A stretch of 44,951 nucleotides of DNA from Candidatus Lloydbacteria bacterium RIFCSPHIGHO2_02_FULL_50_18 (GTDB lineage: Bacteria; Patescibacteriota; Minisyncoccia; Phycocordibacterales; UBA6899), in NCBI GenBank assembly GCA_001821395.1, contig MHLM01000013.1, forward strand, positions 1 to 44,951, read 5' to 3'. The stretch's first letter is position 1. Each line of letters opens with the position of its first letter. The translations under genes were made by a program, and so were the position numbers. The notes under the pieces are model-generated. The model worked only from the letters and a program-made list of their open reading frames with translations. It did not search any database and was not told the DNA's origin. Shown piece by piece: positions 19,896 through 29,334 of the stretch.

Positions 19896-21683
19896 TTAGT
19901 TTGGCCGCACCGTGTCGCCCTCAAACCATTTCCAGACACGCTCACTCTCGATGTACCAATTCTCTATTCCAAGAAATCGCTCCGATTCCATCGTGATAAG
20001 CCCCGCATGTATGCCGCGCACCTTATTTGATGTCGCATAAAGGAAGTCCGGACTATAGATGAATACTGCCGGCACGTCGCTCGTGAGCTCGGTGACAAAT
20101 TGCGACAATATCGTGTTTCGTTTTTCGCTGTCTCTTTCTTTGCGTGCATTTTCGAGCAGCGTGTCTACTTTTTTATTTGCATAGAAAGCGATATTCAGCC
20201 CCGGAGCATTTCTTTGAGACGAATGCCAATAGGCAAAGGGATCAGGAGTGCGTCCGATGATCTGGCCATAAAGGAGCACGTCGTATTTTCGCGGAGAAAG
20301 TACTTCGGTTGTGAACGACGAGGACTCAAAGACACGTAGTGTCACACGCGCCCCCAATTTTTCCCAATCAGCTTTGACCAATTCTCCCGCCTGCTTTAAT
20401 TCAGGAACATCGGGAATAGCGATAGAAAAGTCTAGCGTGGTCACCGTCTTCGTCTTCTTATCGGTCTTTTGATAGATGCCTAAGGCATTTGGCGCCCAGC
20501 CGTTCGACTCAAGAAGGTCGCGGGCTTTGGTGATACGTTCGAGAGGGGTGATCGCAGCATCATTGGTGTTTTCATCCGGGGTATCCAAGAAAGGAAGCGG
20601 ACTATCGATAGTACGTCCATATCCGAACAATACATCCGTGACGATCTTTTCTTTGTCGACCGACAGTGCAAGTGCTTTGCGTACTGTTTTGTCGGCGAAG
20701 ATCGGTGCCTTGTTTTGATTGAAATAGAGCGCGAAGATGCGTGGAAGTGGAGCACGCTCGATCTGTGCCCCCGCGGCTTCGAGCGATCCTGCGAGCGATG
20801 GTTCCACTGTGTGCATTTGGTCGATCACATGATCTGCATACGCTTGCGTCAGGTCTTTGTTGTTTCCAAAAAATACAATACGCAGATCTTCAATGAAGGG
20901 TTCTCCTTTTGCGTACTGTTTCCATGCGACGAGATCATAGTACTGTGGAAGTCCGTTGTCTTTGTCTTGCATGACGCTTTTTACGCGAAACGGACCTGAA
21001 CCTATTGGTTTGATGTTGTAGTAGGTCACATCAAATTCGTCGTTGGGTACATTCTGCCAGATATGTTTCGGCAGAATGCCCATGGTCGTGCTTTCAAGAA
21101 ATGGGGCATATGGTTGCTTGATATGAAATATGACCGTGAGCGGGTCCGGTGTTTCCACCTCCACTCCTTCCCAGCTTGCACGTCTTGGACTTTTGATCAC
21201 GAGCCCCTGGTCGCGCACTTTGTCGATCGTGAAAGCAATGTCCGCTGAGGTGATCGGTTCGCCGTCATGCCAGAGCAGTTCAGGACGAAGAGTGAAGGTA
21301 TAGGTAAGTCCGTCAGGAGATATCGAGTAGTTGGAAGCGAGGTCGGGAACGAGCGTTCCATCCTCGGTCGCACTCAAAAGGCCGGAATAGATAAGTTGAG
21401 ACATGTCGCGATCGGCATCGGATTTTGCGATGATGGGATTGATGAATCGCGGTCGACCGATGATGCCCTCTGCGAGTGTTCCGCCATGTCGCGGCACCTC
21501 GACCAAAAAACGGTCATTCAGTCGCGCAAGCAGTACAAATGAGCTTACGACGAATACGACCGCCGCGAGGAGCAGAACTCGTCGGAGAGTGATGGGAAGC
21601 GACAATAGTGCGTGCAAGAGCGAACATGTCGTTCTTGGTGCACTTTTGTGTGATTCAGTTGATTGTGAGAGCAATTCCTCCAC
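19896..21683 (-). CDS. ABC transporter substrate-binding protein, family 5 (peptide/nickel type), membrane-anchored
   Basis: The size (~595 aa) and sequence gestalt match OppA/DppA-like SBPs. It has an N-terminal hydrophobic anchor. No permease or ATPase genes are adjacent. Confidence 0.7.
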   Translation of the reverse strand: MEELLSQSTESHKSAPRTTCSLLHALLSLPITLRRVLLLAAVVFVVSSFVLLARLNDRFLVEVPRHGGTLAEGIIGRPRFINPIIAKSDADRDMSQLIYSGLLSATEDGTLVPDLASNYSISPDGLTYTFTLRPELLWHDGEPITSADIAFTIDKVRDQGLVIKSPRRASWEGVEVETPDPLTVIFHIKQPYAPFLESTTMGILPKHIWQNVPNDEFDVTYYNIKPIGSGPFRVKSVMQDKDNGLPQYYDLVAWKQYAKGEPFIEDLRIVFFGNNKDLTQAYADHVIDQMHTVEPSLAGSLEAAGAQIERAPLPRIFALYFNQNKAPIFADKTVRKALALSVDKEKIVTDVLFGYGRTIDSPLPFLDTPDENTNDAAITPLERITKARDLLESNGWAPNALGIYQKTDKKTKTVTTLDFSIAIPDVPELKQAGELVKADWEKLGARVTLRVFESSSFTTEVLSPRKYDVLLYGQIIGRTPDPFAYWHSSQRNAPGLNIAFYANKKVDTLLENARKERDSEKRNTILSQFVTELTSDVPAVFIYSPDFLYATSNKVRGIHAGLITMESERFLGIENWYIESERVWKWFEGDTVRPN

Positions 21684-21841
21684 GGAGAAAATTTAAGTGC
21701 TAATGAGTGTATGACGTTTCATGGAAAAAAACGAGAAATCGTGACCGCAACAAAACAGGGGATACATGCAAGGCTTTCTCGACCAATCCGCAAAATACAA
21801 AAAAGTAGATTCGTTTTCGATTGAAACGAGAAGGGAGTTCT

Positions 21842-22081
21842 TTACCTTCCCAAGAAGAGTGCTACAAAGCTTGCAGCGATGAATGCTACGCCAAGAGCAA
21901 TCGTCGTGACGAACATTATCTTCTCGAATCCTCTGCGAGTGTAGGCCGCTCCACCTCCGCCGTCTCCTCCTCCGAATGCTCCGCCAAGCTCAGCCCCAGA
22001 GCGCTGGAGCAAGATGAGGCCTGAAAGGGCTACGGAAATAACGATTTGTATCCAGGGCAGTGCCTGTGCGAGTAGTTCCAT
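21842..22081 (-). CDS. secG: preprotein translocase subunit SecG
   Basis: MELLAQALPWIQIVISVALSGLILLQRSG...GGAFGGG...FVTTIALGVAFIAASF. Two transmembrane segments with a Gly-rich loop are typical of SecG. Confidence 0.85.
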   Translation of the reverse strand: MELLAQALPWIQIVISVALSGLILLQRSGAELGGAFGGGDGGGGAAYTRRGFEKIMFVTTIALGVAFIAASFVALFLGR

Positions 22082-22193
22082 GTGAGAGAGAGTATAGCAT
22101 ACCGCTTTTCTTCTGCAAGTCATTCTCCACATGGGGGTAGGTCAGGGCTAAGCAGGAGGTATATAAGTGCAAAAAAGCGCATTACGTCCATTT

Positions 22194-22222
22194 TTGACTC
22201 TACCGTCGCTTCTCCATATAAT
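22194..22222 (+). promoter_or_regulatory. near-consensus sigma70 promoter (TTGACT-17-TATAAT) upstream of groES
   Basis: TTGACT at 22194-22199, a 17-bp spacer, and TATAAT at 22217-22222. The start codon of groES lies ~100 nt downstream. Confidence 0.6.
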
Positions 22223-22327
22223 GATGGCACTTTCAATGTTGCACTTCCTGCTTTTTGTGCGCGGTGTGACATTGGGCGTGAGTGCGCAGTTTTCATCGGT
22301 ATTAAGAGCAGTAATTTTTAAGCATAT

Positions 22328-22669
22328 ATGGCAAAGGCAACAGCAAAAAAAAGTGCGGCAGCAACAAAACTCGCAATTGCCCCACTCGGTGATCGCGTGC
22401 TTATTCAACCGCTCGATAAGGTGGGTGAGTCAAAAACGGCATCCGGTTTTATTCTTCCCGGCAAAGAGGGCAATGAAAAACACGAACGCGGCCTCGTCGT
22501 TGCGACCGGCCCTGGACGCTATAATGCGGAAGGAAAACGTCTTCAGGTGGAGGTAAAGGCAGGTGACAAGGTGTGGTTCAAGCGCGGCTATGATGCCGAA
22601 GAGGTGAAAGTGGGAGGTGAAGATCACGTGCTGACCTCTGAATCGAATGTATTAGCTATCGAACAATAA
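22328..22669 (+). CDS. groES: co-chaperonin GroES (with ~17-aa Lys/Ala-rich N-terminal extension)
   Basis: GDRVLIQP ... GFILPG ... GDKVWFKRGYD match the GroES consensus. Confidence 0.9.
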   Translation: MAKATAKKSAAATKLAIAPLGDRVLIQPLDKVGESKTASGFILPGKEGNEKHERGLVVATGPGRYNAEGKRLQVEVKAGDKVWFKRGYDAEEVKVGGEDHVLTSESNVLAIEQ

Positions 22670-22680
22670 TTTCCATTTAA

Positions 22681-24372
<1,692 letters not shown>

Positions 24373-24404
24373 TTACATAGGGTAAACTACCCACGTAAGA
24401 AAAA

Positions 24405-24428
24405 ACGCCTCAATTGCGGCGTTTTTTC
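24405..24428 (+). terminator. terminator after groEL (ACGCC-loop-GGCGT + T6)
   Basis: 5-bp GC stem followed by a T-run. Confidence 0.6.
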
Positions 24429-24443
24429 TTATTGGATGAGGGC

Positions 24444-24472
24444 TTGCCAAGACTTAGAAAATATGATATAGT
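24444..24472 (+). promoter_or_regulatory. sigma70-like promoter TTGCCA-17-TATAGT for the small gene at 24525
   Basis: TTGCCA at 24444-24449 and TATAGT at 24467-24472. Confidence 0.5.
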
Positions 24473-24524
24473 CATTCTGCGTTAAATTAACGTATCGTTC
24501 TTTCAATCCTTAGGAGAAATTTCT

Positions 24525-24725
24525 ATGTGCGCAATCCTTGACCAAGATGACGATGATTTCGACGGCACCGTTCAAACCACTGAGAGTGACGGACGCGTTC
24601 CGGCTCGTATCAGCGCTACCACAGACGACCAGGGCTGGCTGCCCAAAGTCGTGGCAAAGGCCGCTGTTGTCGCAGGTGTCCGCAGTAATTGTGGCGTCGA
24701 CGTGTTGATGAGCTTGGCTCACTGA
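24525..24725 (+). CDS. small acidic hypothetical protein (66 aa)
   Basis: Own promoter, TAGGAGA sequence 7 nt upstream of the ATG, and a strong terminator at 24741-24776. Confidence 0.5.
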   Translation: MCAILDQDDDDFDGTVQTTESDGRVPARISATTDDQGWLPKVVAKAAVVAGVRSNCGVDVLMSLAH

Positions 24726-24740
24726 CGCATAACGTCAAAC

Positions 24741-24776
24741 CGCCCGACCAGGAAACTGGCCGGGCGTAATTTTTTA
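24741..24776 (+). terminator. rho-independent terminator (11-bp GC-rich stem + T-run)
   Basis: CGCCCGACCAG-GAAA-CTGGCCGGGCG followed by TAATTTTTT. Confidence 0.85.
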
Positions 24777-24862
24777 TATTGACTTTTTTTCCGAACGGGA
24801 GAATACTTTTCTCGCACCGCGATTCTGCGGTGATTTGTACCTTTCTATTTAAGGAGTCATAA

Positions 24863-25087
24863 GTGAGCTCACGCAAAAAGACCTTTGCAAGACGTATCGT
24901 CGATGTCGGAGACGAGATCGAGCCGGAAGACATCGTTACTGATCTGCCGTTTTCGACCAAACGTGATTCGTCTGACCACGACGGGCTCTCGATCGAGGAT
25001 CACGTCATGCGGTGCGGGGCGTCTGTTCCGGTGCCTGCAGCAATGCCGCTCTATCGCATCATTCCTTCCTCGCCGATTGGTCGCTGA
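24863..25087 (+). CDS. small hypothetical protein (74 aa, GTG start)
   Basis: AAGGAG sits 6 nt upstream of the GTG. A TTGACT box lies upstream, and a terminator at 25101-25125 follows immediately. Confidence 0.5.
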   Translation: MSSRKKTFARRIVDVGDEIEPEDIVTDLPFSTKRDSSDHDGLSIEDHVMRCGASVPVPAAMPLYRIIPSSPIGR

Positions 25088-25100
25088 TCCATGCACTCGA

Positions 25101-25125
25101 AGCACCCACATCAGGGTGCTTTTTA
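25101..25125 (+). terminator. rho-independent terminator (AGCACCC-ACATCA-GGGTGCT + T5)
   Basis: Perfect 7-bp stem followed by a T-run. Confidence 0.85.
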
Positions 25126-25198
25126 TATGAATTTGACAACATTTATTTTTTAGGTTACTGTCTACATTATTCTTCGTGTTCATTCAATAGGAGTCTTC

Positions 25199-25486
25199 TT
25201 GAGCAACATAACTGATAAATCCGTACGTTCGGACGGTGAGCGTCTATTTTTTATCGATCCGGCACGCAAGGCACTCGGTGAGTATTACGTTGACGAGTGT
25301 GATCGTCAGGTCTTTCGCAATGAGCGCGGCGAGCCGTACTATTTCGGTCTGGTGGACGGCGAGCTTTATCCGATAATCATCTGCCCTCCTTTCGTTCAAG
25401 TGTTTCGTAAGCCGGCATTTCCGGGAGGCGGAGTTGCTATCGGTGAAGGGCTCTACAAAATCGGGTCACATATCGGAGTCGGTTAA
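25199..25486 (+). CDS. small hypothetical protein (95 aa, TTG start, Gly-rich C-terminus)
   Basis: AGGAGTC lies upstream of TTG 25199 (same AGGAGTC-N-TGAGC context as the gene at 24863). A TTGACA box is at 25133. A terminator at 25499-25519 follows. Confidence 0.5.
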   Translation: MSNITDKSVRSDGERLFFIDPARKALGEYYVDECDRQVFRNERGEPYYFGLVDGELYPIIICPPFVQVFRKPAFPGGGVAIGEGLYKIGSHIGVG

Positions 25487-25498
25487 TTGTTTATCTAC

Positions 25499-25519
25499 GC
25501 CCCCCAGTGGGCGTTTTTT
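25499..25519 (+). terminator. rho-independent terminator (CGCCC-loop-GGGCG + T6)
   Basis: Short GC stem followed by TTTTTT. Confidence 0.7.
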
Positions 25520-25580
25520 ATTTCATCTTTATTGACCGATTTGGTACACTAGTTGTATACACGCTGCTAATTTTATCCTT

Positions 25581-26570
25581 ATGGATCTATCAAAGATCAG
25601 GAACATGTCCGCGAAAAGTATCTTCTTATTTGTGGGGTTCGCGATTATCGCGTTGGTTGTGCTTTGGGGATTGATGGGGTATTCGCAGTCACAGCTCGGC
25701 CTCTCCGGTTCTGTGACCAGCTACTCCCAACCGCTCCTTGCCCCGGGTATGATGGGGGATGTTTCCTATCGCGAGAATGCAAAGGGGGTTGCTTACGACG
25801 CGGTTGTCACTAACGGTGTTTCGCAAATAATGCCATCGCCGATCAGGGAAACGAGTGCTCCTGCCGGAACCTCGAAGATCATCAAGAACGGCGAGCTCGA
25901 ATTGCTTGTTGAAGATGTCGATATTGCGGCGAAAGAGATCGATGCCGTGCGTATGGAGTTTGGAGGACAGATTGGTAATGCGTCTTTTTCTGACTACTCT
26001 TCTTCACGCCGTGGAGACCTGACCATCTGGGTTCCGAGCGAGCATTTTGACGGTGCGCTTGAAAAGATCAAGGCATTAGGGCTTCGTGTTACAAGTGAGC
26101 GAATCGCGGTTTCTGATGTGTCCGCACAGTTTGTCGATCTCGAAGCACGGCTCAAGAATCTCCACGCCACGGAGGCGCAGTATCTTGAGATCATGAAGCG
26201 TTCGGGAAGTATCCCCGATGTACTTTCTGTCACACGCGAGCTCTCATTGACGCGTGCTCAAATAGAGCAGCTCCAGGGACAGCTTGATTATCTTTCGCGA
26301 CAGGTGGCACTATCGTCTATCCACATCTCACTCACCGAAGAGATCGCTGCTGCACTGGGTAAGAATGAGTGGCGTCCGATGTCAGTCGTTCGAGCTGCGT
26401 GGCGGGAAATGGTGCTGGATCTTACTGATTTCATCAATGTCATCTTGGTACTTGTGGTCAAATTGCCGCTCTTACTACTCAAATTTGCGTTTTGGGGATC
26501 CATCATTTATGCTGTGTGGCGTTTTGGACGATTCGTCTATTTACGCCTCCGTGGACCGGCTTTGTCATAG
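25581..26570 (+). CDS. DUF4349-like membrane-anchored protein
   Basis: N-terminal and C-terminal hydrophobic anchors. The central region (GELELLVEDVDIAAKEID..., repeated coiled segments) matches my recollection of the DUF4349 family. Confidence 0.55.
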   Translation: MDLSKIRNMSAKSIFLFVGFAIIALVVLWGLMGYSQSQLGLSGSVTSYSQPLLAPGMMGDVSYRENAKGVAYDAVVTNGVSQIMPSPIRETSAPAGTSKIIKNGELELLVEDVDIAAKEIDAVRMEFGGQIGNASFSDYSSSRRGDLTIWVPSEHFDGALEKIKALGLRVTSERIAVSDVSAQFVDLEARLKNLHATEAQYLEIMKRSGSIPDVLSVTRELSLTRAQIEQLQGQLDYLSRQVALSSIHISLTEEIAAALGKNEWRPMSVVRAAWREMVLDLTDFINVILVLVVKLPLLLLKFAFWGSIIYAVWRFGRFVYLRLRGPALS

Positions 26571-26587
26571 GGAGGAGGGGAGGTATA

Positions 26588-26689
26588 ATGGCAGCACGAT
26601 ATTACTGGTATAAGAAACAATATGAATATTTCGATAATTTTTTTCGGCGTTATCGCACTCGCATTATTGTGGTCGGTTGGCATCTATAA
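26588..26689 (+). CDS. 33-codon upstream ORF with very strong SD (GGAGGAGGGGAGG) overlapping the lemA start in another frame
   Basis: ATG 26588 is 5 nt after the SD run. The frame ends at TAA 26687-26689, 66 nt inside lemA. Confidence 0.3.
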   Translation: MAARYYWYKKQYEYFDNFFRRYRTRIIVVGWHL

Positions 26690-27182
26690 TAATTTAGTTA
26701 AACTCGTTGCTCGCTCCGAGGAGGCTTGGGCGGACATTGAGGTTCAGTTGAAGAGGCGCTATGATCTCATCCCGAATCTCATTGAAACGGTAAAGGGTTA
26801 TGCAAAGCATGAGGAAGGGACGCTTACTAAGGTTATCGAGGCACGCAATATGGCGATGCAGGCGAATGGTAGTCCCAGAGAGCAGGCGAAGACACAGAAT
26901 ATGATCACTGACGCCCTCAAGTCCGTCTTTGCCCTCACCGAGGCATATCCCGATCTCAAGGCAAATCAGAATTTCCTGAGCTTGCAATCTGAACTTTCGG
27001 ATACCGAGAACAAGATCCAGGCTGCGCGCAGGTTCTACAACGGCAACGTGCGTGATCTTACAATCGCTATTTCGACTTTCCCGAGCAATATCGTGGCGAA
27101 CATTTTCCACTTTGCGAAGAAAGAATACTTTGATCTCCCCGACAACGACGCCGCACAGCAGAATGTTGAAGTGAAGTTCTAG
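26622..27182 (+). CDS. lemA: LemA family protein
   Basis: An N-terminal transmembrane segment, then the YNNLVKLVARSEEAWADIEVQLKRRYDLIPNLIETVKGYAKHE consensus characteristic of LemA. Confidence 0.85.
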   Translation: MNISIIFFGVIALALLWSVGIYNNLVKLVARSEEAWADIEVQLKRRYDLIPNLIETVKGYAKHEEGTLTKVIEARNMAMQANGSPREQAKTQNMITDALKSVFALTEAYPDLKANQNFLSLQSELSDTENKIQAARRFYNGNVRDLTIAISTFPSNIVANIFHFAKKEYFDLPDNDAAQQNVEVKF

Positions 27183-27184
27183 AA

Positions 27185-27796
27185 ATGAAGACTACTGAGG
27201 ATGACGAATCGCGAGTATTACACACAGCACCCGAGGGAGTTTCTCCTGCAGTTGCAGAGTTGCTGACTTACGGCAAGGTGAGTTTTCGGAGTATTTCCGC
27301 GATGTTAATTGATTTGCTTCGGCGGAGATATCTCATTTTTGATGGAGACGGTTGTATTTCTTCTCGAGTACTTGAGTATTCGGACAGGAATGAACTGAGC
27401 AAGTCCGAGAAAGCATTTCTTGAATTTTTCTTTCCTAACGGAAAAAGATATGAGACCCTTCACGACTGGGCAAAGTTTAAAGCTACTTCAGATGGAATGG
27501 GTAAACTCGAGTTTATTAAATCTGCGGTCTCGTATGATATTTACGGGACTCTCACTGGGATGACGGAAAATTTATTGGGGCAACTCACTGAACTTACCGA
27601 AAAGAAGCGTAATGCTTTGCGGCGATATATTTCCTATCTCACGGTTGCAGAGAAAGAAAGGAACCGAACCGTTGCATTAACGGATATCGGCGAGCATCTT
27701 CCGTATCTTGTTGCGCTAGGTCTTGAAGAACATTGGACTGCACTTCTCTCTGGGGGGCAGATATCTGAAGAGGTCGAGCGTGACATGATGAGATGA
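27185..27796 (+). CDS. hypothetical soluble protein (203 aa), possibly related to the cytoplasmic part of DUF2207-type LemA partners
   Basis: Starts 3 nt after lemA. The weak motif ...YISYLTVAEKER... is all that supports the DUF2207 idea. Confidence 0.5.
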   Translation: MKTTEDDESRVLHTAPEGVSPAVAELLTYGKVSFRSISAMLIDLLRRRYLIFDGDGCISSRVLEYSDRNELSKSEKAFLEFFFPNGKRYETLHDWAKFKATSDGMGKLEFIKSAVSYDIYGTLTGMTENLLGQLTELTEKKRNALRRYISYLTVAEKERNRTVALTDIGEHLPYLVALGLEEHWTALLSGGQISEEVERDMMR

Positions 27797-27859
27797 GCGA
27801 TCGATTCTCGCTGCGTCGCATGTTTTGATAACAACACCCTTAGTATTAACTGAATTACT

Positions 27860-28132
27860 ATGTCCATGCCGTTTACAGATCAATCAGAAAAAATAAAGAA
27901 CATGCTCGCCTGGTTGTGGCCGTTGTTAGCGGTACTGTTGCTATTTCTGAAATATTCTCTGACTCTCGGGGTCTACTGGCTCGGCGTTTTTGCAGCGATT
28001 TACTGTGTGACGTATCCGTACTTTTTCTATCGTCGAGGATGGAGTATGCTAAGATCCTTTATGTATGGGATTGTTTTGGGGCTTCTTTCTACGTTCGTGT
28101 TCATCTTTGTCCTTCTGTCGCAATTTGATTAA
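27860..28132 (+). CDS. small membrane protein (90 aa, 3 hydrophobic segments)
   Basis: Hydrophobicity. It sits between the lemA partner and htpX. Confidence 0.4.
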   Translation: MSMPFTDQSEKIKNMLAWLWPLLAVLLLFLKYSLTLGVYWLGVFAAIYCVTYPYFFYRRGWSMLRSFMYGIVLGLLSTFVFIFVLLSQFD

Positions 28133-28145
28133 GTATACTTTCTCT

Positions 28146-29048
28146 ATGGCAACGCTCTACACACATCAATCGGAAAACATAACAAAGACCTGGGTTTTGC
28201 TCACCGGATTTTTGGTATTCATCATTGGCCTGGGATATTTATTCGCACAGATATACGGCAACCCCGGCATCCTCTATATTGCGATCTTCATTAGCCTTCT
28301 CATGAATGTGGGGAGCTATTGGTATTCGGACAAATTGGTACTCAGTATGGTGCATGCGCGACCGGTCACTCATGAAGAAAATCCCGAGCTCTGGAATATT
28401 GTCGAGAATCTCGCTATCACTGCCGGGCTTCCGATGCCTGCGCTGTATGTTGTCGATGACCCGTCTCCGAACGCTTTCGCGACGGGGCGTGACAAGGAGC
28501 ACGCTGCGATCGCGGTTCACACTGGACTTTTGCAGATCTTGAAAAAGACCGAACTTGAGGGAGTGCTTGCACATGAGCTCTCGCACGTGGGCAACCGCGA
28601 CACCCTCGTTTCGACGGTTGTCGTCGTGCTCGCGGGAATGATCGCCATCATGGCCGATATGTTTCTGCGTATGTCGATGTTCGGGGGAGGGCGTAGTCGC
28701 GACCGTGAGGGCGGGGGAGGACTCATGCTTGTTATCGCCATCGTTGCTGCAATTCTCGCGCCTATCGCGGCAACCATGATCAAGCTCGCGATCTCGCGTA
28801 AACGAGAATTTCTCGCCGATGCATCAGGGGCATTGCTCACGCGCTATCCCGAAGGACTTGCTTCAGCGCTGGAAAAAATAAGCACAGCAGGAGCGATGAC
28901 TCCTTCGACGACCGCATCGAACGCGTATGCTCACTTGTATATCTCGAACCCATTCGGCGGGACAAAGAAGTTCATGTCGGGCATGTTCATGACTCATCCT
29001 CCCGTGGAAGAGCGTATCGCCAATCTCCGAGGGATGAACGTGCAATAG
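28146..29048 (+). CDS. htpX: HtpX (M48 family membrane zinc metalloprotease)
   Basis: HELSHV (HExxH), N-terminal transmembrane helices and the C-terminal MTHPPVEERI motif. Confidence 0.9.
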   Translation: MATLYTHQSENITKTWVLLTGFLVFIIGLGYLFAQIYGNPGILYIAIFISLLMNVGSYWYSDKLVLSMVHARPVTHEENPELWNIVENLAITAGLPMPALYVVDDPSPNAFATGRDKEHAAIAVHTGLLQILKKTELEGVLAHELSHVGNRDTLVSTVVVVLAGMIAIMADMFLRMSMFGGGRSRDREGGGGLMLVIAIVAAILAPIAATMIKLAISRKREFLADASGALLTRYPEGLASALEKISTAGAMTPSTTASNAYAHLYISNPFGGTKKFMSGMFMTHPPVEERIANLRGMNVQ

Positions 29049-29166
29049 CGTATCTCGCAGTAGACAGCGAGCACCCATGAAAGATCTCAGTACCAAGCGA
29101 CTGAGATTTTTTACACGATAAAATTTTTAGCTTCTTATATTTTAAGCCACAAAATCAGCACTTTTT

Positions 29167-29185
29167 GTTAAGGTTTAACCTTGAC
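29167..29185. promoter_or_regulatory. copy 2 of the 9-1-9 palindrome (GTTAAGGTT-T-AACCTTGAC) overlapping TTGACA; TATTTT -10 lies 17 bp downstream
   Basis: Context TTTTTGTTAAGGTTTAACCTTGACATTGATGG. TTGACA is at 29181-29186 and TATTTT at 29204-29209. Confidence 0.6.
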
Positions 29186-29334
29186 ATTGATGGGCGCAAT
29201 TTGTATTTTCGTCAGTAGAAGTAGTTGACAATGCAGTGTATTGTGTGCTACTATTAACAACAGAGAGGTAGTAGCATTAAGTTGCACATTGCCAATCGAC
29301 AAGAGTTTTTAAGATCAACTTTTTGGAGAAAAAA

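Noticed and set aside
22227-22250. TGGCAC...TTGCA resembling a sigma54 -24/-12 promoter in the groES leader
   Set aside because: The GG-to-GC spacing is 15 rather than 12, so it does not fit the sigma54 geometry.
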